IMG/VR virus record: IMGVR_UViG_3300044695_004155
Location: 1-8,265 of that record
Length of the DNA stretch: 8,265 bases
Source: a virus
Strand: one strand, 5' to 3'
Numbering within the stretch: position 1 is the stretch's first letter; each line of letters begins with the position of its first letter. Shown here in pieces: positions 1-4,071 of the stretch. A model generated the notes under the pieces. That model did not search any database, was not told where the DNA came from, and saw only the letters and a list, made by a program, of their open reading frames with translations. A program made the position numbers and the translations under genes.

Positions 1-14
1 TGAGCTACGTGTGA
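1..14 (-). tRNA. 5' end of a tRNA gene truncated by the window edge (identity unknown)
   Basis: The reverse complement of 1-14 reads TCACACG-TA-GCTCA. That is a 7-nt acceptor strand, U8-A9, then the canonical GCUC-A start of a D arm. The rest of the gene would lie left of the window. Confidence 0.4.
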
Positions 15-21
15 ATGATTG

Positions 22-94
22 TTGCGGAGGTGAGATTCGAACTCACGATCTTCGGGTTATGAGCCCGACGGGTTAGCCACTTCCCTACCCCGCG
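22..94 (-). tRNA. initiator tRNA-fMet (anticodon CAU)
   Basis: The reverse complement folds as CGCGGGG-TA-GGGA-AGTGGCTAA-CCC-G-TCGGG-CTCATAA-CCCGA-AGATC-GTGAG-TTCGAAT-CTCAC-CTCCGCA-A (73 nt, no encoded CCA). It has a C1xA72 mismatch and three consecutive G:C pairs closing the anticodon stem, both bacterial initiator hallmarks. The anticodon arm is identical to my recollection of E. coli tRNA-fMet. Confidence 0.85.
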
Positions 95-101
95 ATGTTT
101 G

Positions 102-175
102 TGCCGAAACGTGGAATCGAACCACGGACACGAGGATTTTCAGTCCTCTGCTACTACCAACTGAGCTATCTCGGC
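102..175 (-). tRNA. tRNA-Phe (anticodon GAA)
   Basis: The reverse complement folds as GCCGAGA-TA-GCTCAGTTGGTAGTAGC-A-GAGGA-CTGAAAA-TCCTC-GTGTC-CGTGG-TTCGATT-CCACG-TTTCGGC-A (74 nt). The acceptor has 7 bp including one G-U. The T loop, anticodon loop (C-U-GAA-A-A) and GTGTC variable loop are canonical and resemble bacterial tRNA-Phe. Confidence 0.85.
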
Positions 176-226
176 ATAAAATAAAGAAACCTACGTGTTA
201 CCTTATAGCACTACTGGCACCACAGA

Positions 227-252
227 GGTGCCGGGTGGGAATCGAACCCACC
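227..252 (-). pseudogene. orphan tRNA 3' module: T arm plus acceptor-like 3' strand with no 5' half of its own
   Basis: The reverse complement reads GTGGG-TTCGATT-CCCAC-CCGGCAC-C, a perfect T arm. It starts only about 17 nt after the 3' end of the Ala-like tRNA, so a separate cloverleaf does not fit. CCGGCAC can pair 6/7 with the GGGCCGG 5' acceptor strand at 335-341. It also forms a GC hairpin with 216-221 (GGCACC/GGTGCC). Confidence 0.4.
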
Positions 253-268
253 TATTCAGGTTTCATTG

Positions 269-341
269 TGGACCAGATGAGAATCGAACTCACCACAGGT
301 GCATTGCAAGTGCTCCTCGCCCCCTCGGAACATTCCGGCCC
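269..341 (-). tRNA. tRNA-Ala-like gene (anticodon UGC) with a non-canonical D arm
   Basis: The reverse complement reads GGGCCGG-AA-TGTTCCGAGGGGGCGA-G-GAGCA-CTTGCAA-TGCAC-CTGTG-GTGAG-TTCGATT-CTCAT-CTGGTCC-A (73 nt). G3:U70 and A73, the Ala identity set, are present, and the anticodon loop is a good C-U-UGC-A-A. However, U8 and A14 are replaced, the standard D stem does not pair, and there is an A-A mismatch in the anticodon stem. It may be a variant or a decaying tRNA. Confidence 0.55.
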
Positions 342-352
342 ATAAAGAATGT

Positions 353-868
353 TTATCCGTAGTAGAAATCTTTCCAAGAGTCACCCAAAATTTGAGATAT
401 TGTTTTCAAGTTTGAGGCATCAAGTTTTTTAGTGTGTAACATACGATGATGGTTAGGGCATACTATTGTCAAGTTTGAATGGTCGTCTGAACCGCCATTC
501 TTTCTCGGTATTATATGATGTATATCAGTTGTTGATTCACACCAACCACAAACAACACATGGTATATTCATTCGTCTTATTATTTTCTGTTGTGTTCTCG
601 TTGACAGTTCAAGTATTGAATTTGGTTCATCCTTTCTGAATTTACCACGTGTGGATTTTCCAACCGCCTTTGAATGACTAGTACCTCTTGAAAAGTTTGA
701 TTTGTTCATCTCATGTGCTCTTTTCAATGACACACTCAACTTTATCTTTTGTTCTTCAGACATTGGTGGTCTTTTTGCGTTATTGAATTTTGCCGCACAT
801 GATAGAGAACAAAATCTCTTTTGATGTTTTTTCGTCAACTCATGTTGACATTGCTCACAATGTTTCAT
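353..868 (-). CDS. HNH homing endonuclease (N-terminal Cys4 zinc finger, NUMOD3-like segment, C-terminal HNH nuclease)
   Basis: This is a 171-aa ORF. It carries the HNH core DIHHIIPRKNGGSDDHSNLTIVCPNHHRMLH preceded by CVVCGWC, and an N-terminal CEQC...CSLSC. A Shine-Dalgarno AAGGAG lies 5 nt upstream of the ATG (869-880 region). The gene sits inside a tRNA cluster. Confidence 0.9.
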   Translation of the reverse strand: MKHCEQCQHELTKKHQKRFCSLSCAAKFNNAKRPPMSEEQKIKLSVSLKRAHEMNKSNFSRGTSHSKAVGKSTRGKFRKDEPNSILELSTRTQQKIIRRMNIPCVVCGWCESTTDIHHIIPRKNGGSDDHSNLTIVCPNHHRMLHTKKLDASNLKTISQILGDSWKDFYYG

Positions 869-898
869 ACTGTCTCCTTATTCATGGTGTTTACTATA

Positions 899-927
899 AA
901 TATAGTTGACTGTAACGAAAATTACAA
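899..927 (-). promoter_or_regulatory. candidate sigma70-like promoter for the HNH gene (TTGTAA-N17-TATATT)
   Basis: On the minus strand, TTGTAA (927-922), a 17-nt spacer and TATATT (904-899) end 30 nt upstream of the HNH ATG. This is a pattern match only. Confidence 0.3.
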
Positions 928-934
928 ACAAGTG

Positions 935-1025
935 TGCCTCCATCTGGAATCGAACCAAGTCGCACAACCACCCGTCTTTATTGTATGTGCAACGGTTTTA
1001 CAGACCGCTGACGGGAAATGGAGGC
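935..1025 (-). tRNA. tRNA-Tyr-like gene (anticodon GUA), 91 nt, aberrant architecture
   Basis: The reverse complement reads GCCTCCA-TTTCCCGTCA-GCGGT-CTGTAAA-ACCGT-TGCACA-(19 nt)-TGTGCG-A-CTTGG-TTCGATT-CCAGA-TGGAGGC-A. It has a perfect 7-bp acceptor stem, a canonical T loop, a textbook anticodon loop C-U-GUA-A-A, A73 and a long extra arm as in bacterial tRNA-Tyr. Only 10 nt sit where the D arm should be. Confidence 0.55.
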
Positions 1026-1051
1026 ATGGCGTAATAAGTTTTCAATGAACG

Positions 1052-1067
1052 TCCTTCCGAAGAAGGA
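1052..1067 (-). other. 6-bp hairpin capped by a C(UUCG)G tetraloop on the minus-strand transcript
   Basis: In the minus sense it reads TCCTTC-TTCG-GAAGGA. It lies 26 nt upstream of the 5' end of the Tyr-like tRNA. cUUCGg is the classic hyper-stable tetraloop. Confidence 0.4.
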
Positions 1068-1096
1068 GACACAAACCTATGGAATTTTTCCGATAT

Positions 1097-1127
1097 ATCC
1101 AAATTAATTTTTTGTCATAATTTGGAT
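1097..1127. repeat. perfect 10-bp inverted repeat ATCCAAATTA / TAATTTGGAT with an 11-nt spacer
   Basis: Read directly: 1097-1106 is the exact reverse complement of 1118-1127. Confidence 0.7.
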
Positions 1128-1134
1128 TTTCACC

Positions 1135-1161
1135 GTAAGTCTTTGAAATCAAAGGACTTAC
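1135..1161. repeat. 10-bp inverted repeat GTAAGTCTTT / AAAGGACTTAC-type (one G-T/C-A position) with a 7-nt spacer
   Basis: 1135-1144 pairs with 1152-1161. The odd pair is G-U on a plus-strand RNA but C-A on a minus-strand RNA. It shares the GTAAGTCC/GGACTTAC half-site with the terminator at 1183-1214. Confidence 0.65.
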
Positions 1162-1172
1162 AAAGTTATCCA

Positions 1173-1214
1173 CATAAACAAAAAGGACTTACAAGTTTTA
1201 TCCTGTAAGTCCTT
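1173..1214 (-). terminator. rho-independent terminator after the 46-aa ORF
   Basis: In the minus sense it reads AAGGACTTAC-(12 nt)-GTAAGTCCTT, a perfect 10 bp, followed directly by TTTGTTTATG. Confidence 0.7.
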
Positions 1215-1236
1215 CTGAACTGGTGTGTCTTTTTGA

Positions 1237-1377
1237 TTAGGTCATAGACAACTTACAGGATTTTGATGTTGGGAGATACTCACTATTAAATGTGATACCA
1301 CAAAAAATGGCTCCTTTGCGAGTGACTTGTTGTGTCATCGCCGGATATGATTGCCATGTATGTAGTGAGTTGTTCAT
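1237..1377 (-). CDS. small hypothetical protein (46 aa), not in the supplied ORF track
   Basis: My own translation is MNNSLHTWQSYPAMTQQVTRKGAIFCGITFNSEYLPTSKSCKLSMT-stop. AGGACAGGAA lies 5 nt upstream of the ATG at 1375-1377. A promoter-like element lies upstream and a terminator downstream. There is no recognisable family. Confidence 0.45.
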   Translation of the reverse strand: MNNSLHTWQSYPAMTQQVTRKGAIFCGITFNSEYLPTSKSCKLSMT

Positions 1378-1434
1378 CGAATTTCCTGTCCTAAAAGTTA
1401 TGTCTAAATCCATTCTATATCAATAAGTATGTAC

Positions 1435-1463
1435 AATATACTAAAAAGATTCCACAATTCCAA
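1435..1463 (-). promoter_or_regulatory. candidate sigma70-like promoter (TTGGAA-N17-TATATT)
   Basis: On the minus strand, TTGGAA (1463-1458), a 17-nt spacer and TATATT (1440-1435) lie between the 1475 stop and the 46-aa ORF. Confidence 0.35.
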
Positions 1464-1474
1464 ATTTATTTTTC

Positions 1475-1774
1475 TTACCGAATAAAATTATCTACTTTAT
1501 CATACATCTTCTTTGTTTTCCAACCGTAGTTAAATACAAACCAACCTGCAACTTCCTTTGCAATATACTTTGGTTCACGGAATGTCTTTACATATTCGTC
1601 AATGAACCACTTTGTAAAATCAACATCTTCTTCAAGAGTCCATTCACGTTTAGTAAACCAATAAGGTTGTTGAGCGAACTCTTCGTCATATCCTTCAAAT
1701 CCAACACGACGGAACATTTCGTCAAGTGCTTTCATTTGAAATTCGTCAATTTTCTTTTGTTTTCTCGGTGTCAT
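1475..1774 (-). CDS. hypothetical protein (99 aa)
   Basis: The ORF-track entry 1475..1846 would start inside the terminator hairpin at 1834-1869. The internal ATG at 1772-1774 (MTPRKQKKIDEF...) lies downstream of a promoter-like element. I recognise no family. Confidence 0.7.
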   Translation of the reverse strand: MTPRKQKKIDEFQMKALDEMFRRVGFEGYDEEFAQQPYWFTKREWTLEEDVDFTKWFIDEYVKTFREPKYIAKEVAGWFVFNYGWKTKKMYDKVDNFIR

Positions 1775-1802
1775 TTTATTAACTTGTAATTGATTGAATA
1801 CA

Positions 1803-1831
1803 AGTATACGAAAAAAATCTGACATTTCCAA
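1803..1831 (-). promoter_or_regulatory. candidate sigma70-like promoter (TTGGAA-N17-TATACT)
   Basis: On the minus strand, TTGGAA (1831-1826), a 17-nt spacer and TATACT (1808-1803) follow immediately after the terminator T-tract and lie 28 nt upstream of the ATG at 1774. Confidence 0.45.
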
Positions 1832-1833
1832 AT

Positions 1834-1869
1834 AAAAAAGTCTCACACCAAGAAAATGTGAGACTTTTT
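1834..1869 (-). terminator. rho-independent terminator (symmetric A-tract / T-tract, could act in both directions)
   Basis: In the minus sense it reads AAAAAGTCTCACA-TTTTCTTGG-TGTGAGACTTTTT then TATTTGG. The core stem is 8 bp GC-containing and extends to 13 bp through the A/T tracts. It lies 20 nt after the stop at 1889. Confidence 0.8.
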
Positions 1870-1888
1870 GAACTGGTGTGTAATTTTC

Positions 1889-2236
1889 TTAAAGTGCCGA
1901 ATAAATAGCGGCGTATTCTTTCACATTGAATCTTTGTTTTGCCTTGGCTAACATCTCTGTCATCAATTCATTTTCATACTGTTGAATACCATAAGGCATA
2001 GTTCCAGCAATCTTTCTGATTTCAGCAGTGTGGTCAAGTATCTTTGAATACTTTTGTTCTGCTAGAAGTTTAGCGAGTTCAAATAAAGCCTCTGAACGAT
2101 TTGCCTTCTTTGTGGCTTCTCTCATTCTCTTTACAGAGTTTTCAACTTTTTGGCTAATCTTTTCTTCAGCTTCACGAAGTGATTGAAGTGTTTGAGATGC
2201 CTCGCTAAGTAATTGTTTTCTTGACGATAATTTCAT
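1889..2236 (-). CDS. hypothetical alpha-helical/coiled-coil-like protein (115 aa) with MKL...LLSE leader
   Basis: I chose the ATG at 2234-2236 (MKLSSRKQLLSEASQ...) because GGAG lies 7 nt upstream and the upstream gene stops at 2254. The longer track start at 2266 would overlap that gene. Confidence 0.75.
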   Translation of the reverse strand: MKLSSRKQLLSEASQTLQSLREAEEKISQKVENSVKRMREATKKANRSEALFELAKLLAEQKYSKILDHTAEIRKIAGTMPYGIQQYENELMTEMLAKAKQRFNVKEYAAIYSAL

Positions 2237-2253
2237 TTCATGCTCCGATTGTA

Positions 2254-2640
2254 TTAGTCCCACCAAATTCGGTATAGACCTGGTTCTACTTCATCAAGTT
2301 CATCCGCCTTCAAAGAAGCTTTACTTGGTTTTGTATTCGTCTTTACATAAAGACAAACACTATATTCACGACCAAGTTGAATCTTTGCATCTGCTGGTAA
2401 TTTGTCAATCAATTCAGCAGTGAATTCATTATAACCATCAGGAAGAGCTTGTTTCATAATGTTCATTGCATCTTTCTTACTGAACATTGTTGTGTCTTTC
2501 CACATCATGTTATTTCCATCATATTCCTTGGCAAACTTCTTTGGATCTTTACCAAAATTTACTTCCTTTACTGCCTCATTGATAGATTCAGTCAAAAGAC
2601 CAGCAAGTTTCATCATTCGTTGTTTATTCAGTTCCATCAT
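2254..2640 (-). CDS. hypothetical protein (start ambiguous) containing an MMKLAGLLTE leader
   Basis: The track ORF 2254..2649 begins at a TTG. ATG codons occur at 2640, 2637, 2616 and 2613. Starting at 2616 gives MMKLAGLLTESINE..., which matches the N-termini of the two downstream paralogous leaders (ATGATGAAACT vs ATGATAAAACT). There is no clear Shine-Dalgarno for any candidate start. Confidence 0.65.
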   Translation of the reverse strand: MMELNKQRMMKLAGLLTESINEAVKEVNFGKDPKKFAKEYDGNNMMWKDTTMFSKKDAMNIMKQALPDGYNEFTAELIDKLPADAKIQLGREYSVCLYVKTNTKPSKASLKADELDEVEPGLYRIWWD

Positions 2641-2668
2641 ATATTCCAAAAAATACTATGGTTATATT

Positions 2669-2896
2669 CTATAAATATGATTCAGGTTTTGTTTTCTTAC
2701 GGGAAAGTAAGAAATAAAATCCAAAAAATAACAGCGCAACCCCATAGAAGATAACGTCTGTAATCCAGTAGCTTCCTGTCAATTTCATCACGAAGGAAAA
2801 TGCTGCATCGAAGCCCAGTGGATTGAAGAATGTTCCTAAAACCAAACAAGTTTTTGCGAGGTTGTCTCGTAGTTTTTGTCTTTTTACTATTGCCAT
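2669..2896 (-). CDS. small membrane protein (75 aa, two predicted TM helices, basic C-terminal tail)
   Basis: There are two hydrophobic stretches (CLVLGTFFNPLGFDAAFSFV and WITDVIFYGVALLFFGFYFLL) and a charged tail SRKKTKPESYL. GGGAAG lies 5 nt upstream of the ATG at 2894-2896. I prefer it over the overlapping out-of-frame ORF 2697..2909. Confidence 0.7.
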   Translation of the reverse strand: MAIVKRQKLRDNLAKTCLVLGTFFNPLGFDAAFSFVMKLTGSYWITDVIFYGVALLFFGFYFLLSRKKTKPESYL

Positions 2897-3035
2897 CCGA
2901 ACTTCCCATGTATTTACCTTGTGGTGGGCAATCTGTTATTTAGTATAGAACTTTACATATTCAGTATATGTAGCGAATTCAACTGCAATCGTTATCGGGT
3001 TGGAGTATTTTTTACCAAAATGTAGAATTTCTTTT

Positions 3036-4034
3036 TCATCCATTCTCTTGTTCGGAGTTTTCCTTTGCCTTTTGGATAATGAACGGAATCATCTTATCCG
3101 GAGTGATTTTATTCTTACGACCTTCTTGATAAATACGAATCAAAATATCACGGGCAATAGACCCCATCTTTCTTTTTGCGTTATGTATCTCGGAATCTAT
3201 TACAGATTTAGCATCCATCCCTCCAAAAGTCAGTCTCATATTCCATAACTTACTTTCATATTCTTTCCAACCAGATTCTATGTAATCCTTATATGTTCCA
3301 TACTTCCCACGATCATCCGGTTCCATCTGTAACATTCTGCTGTTGAAATCTTTCTCAGCTGTTTGATTTGACATGAAGATAGTATTTAGTTCTTCCTTTG
3401 ATATACCGACGACTTGTGCGATATAAACCAACCTATCTAATCTTTCAGGATTAGGTGGCATGGAAACATATGGACTTTCATTCGGGTCAATTGGTTGTCT
3501 CAAAGAATCCGCTATTTCTTTTGTCACAAGTTCTCCGTCTCTACCCAATTGAAACTTCTTTTCATTTCTGAATAGAAAACATTGGATGTTTGCTTTTAGG
3601 CAGGCATCCATTACAGCCGTCAATTGAGTCATATTACTCCTGTATACAAAGGCATTTAGGAACAAGTCCACACGTTTGATGTAATTCTTTGCATTAGGAA
3701 TTGTTGGTTCATTGGAAAACAAACGGTCTTCGTATTCCGTACCTTGTGGTCCCATCTGCCAGTAATCTATCGCACCACCCTTATATCGTTGTGATAACTT
3801 TCTCCCGTCCAACTCAAGACGGCAATCATATGATTTACCATAACCACCCCACTTTTGGCGAGCGGTTGAAAGGTAGTATTGTTTATTACCACCAAACTTT
3901 GATATATCTGCACCACTCACTATGCTCAACTCAAACTTGTTTTGCTCTATTATCTTCTTAGCAGCTTGGGGTGATGTGAAGTGCCAGACTATATCTGATA
4001 GTGCCTCTGTTAATATGTGTTTTAGTTTTATCAT
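3036..4034 (-). CDS. 332-aa protein with MIKLKHILTE leader and a possible N-terminal ADP-ribosyltransferase-like domain
   Basis: It is a long uninterrupted ORF. The residues are VWH18FTS, QY53Y54LST, GGY65G and TE100YE102DRLF. Their order and spacing recall the His/Tyr/Tyr/Glu pattern of diphtheria-toxin/PARP-type ARTs. I do not recognise the C-terminal 200 aa. The first 8 codons lie inside the 59-bp repeat. Confidence 0.8.
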   Translation of the reverse strand: MIKLKHILTEALSDIVWHFTSPQAAKKIIEQNKFELSIVSGADISKFGGNKQYYLSTARQKWGGYGKSYDCRLELDGRKLSQRYKGGAIDYWQMGPQGTEYEDRLFSNEPTIPNAKNYIKRVDLFLNAFVYRSNMTQLTAVMDACLKANIQCFLFRNEKKFQLGRDGELVTKEIADSLRQPIDPNESPYVSMPPNPERLDRLVYIAQVVGISKEELNTIFMSNQTAEKDFNSRMLQMEPDDRGKYGTYKDYIESGWKEYESKLWNMRLTFGGMDAKSVIDSEIHNAKRKMGSIARDILIRIYQEGRKNKITPDKMIPFIIQKAKENSEQENG

Positions 4035-4069
4035 TACCTATAAATATGAAACTACGGGGAATATCGTCC
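4011..4069. repeat. 59-bp direct repeat, copy A (54/59 identical to 4783-4841)
   Basis: Aligned by hand without gaps. The mismatches are at 4019, 4023, 4053, 4059 and 4063. The copy covers the first 8 codons of the 332-aa gene plus 35 nt upstream. Confidence 0.9.
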
Positions 4070-4071
4070 GT

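Noticed and set aside
176-226. Possible additional tRNA between tRNA-Phe and the orphan T arm (the word CTACGTGT recurs at 4-11 and 191-198)
   Set aside because: No T arm, anticodon hairpin or acceptor pairing can be drawn in this 50-nt spacer. The shared 8-mer may be a remnant of a tRNA 5' end, but that is not supportable as a gene.
821-1048. Plus-strand 75-aa ORF from the track
   Set aside because: It overlaps the HNH start region and the whole tRNA-Tyr-like gene. It has no ribosome-binding site, and its composition is typical of a shadow frame.
1135-1261. Possible CRISPR-like array because of repeated GGACTTAC units
   Set aside because: The repeats are only 8-11 bp, are mostly inverted rather than direct, and have irregular spacing. 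One of them is a terminator stem. This is not CRISPR architecture.
1775-1846. N-terminal extension of the 1475 ORF (track start at 1846)
   Set aside because: The extension would begin inside the 13-bp terminator hairpin and run across a promoter-like element. The internal ATG at 1774 is more plausible.
2237-2266. N-terminal extension of the 1889 ORF (track start at 2266)
   Set aside because: It would overlap the stop of the upstream gene. The ATG at 2236 has GGAG at the right distance.
2697-2909. Minus-strand 70-aa ORF overlapping 2669-2896 in another frame
   Set aside because: The 75-aa frame has a ribosome-binding site and a coherent two-TM hydrophobic pattern. The 70-aa frame reads as basic low-complexity sequence.
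2954-2972. 7-bp inverted repeat TACATAT-N5-ATATGTA in the spacer upstream of the 75-aa gene
   Set aside because: It is short and AT-only, so it is easily produced by chance in AT-rich DNA. There is no second copy or flanking signal to support an operator call.
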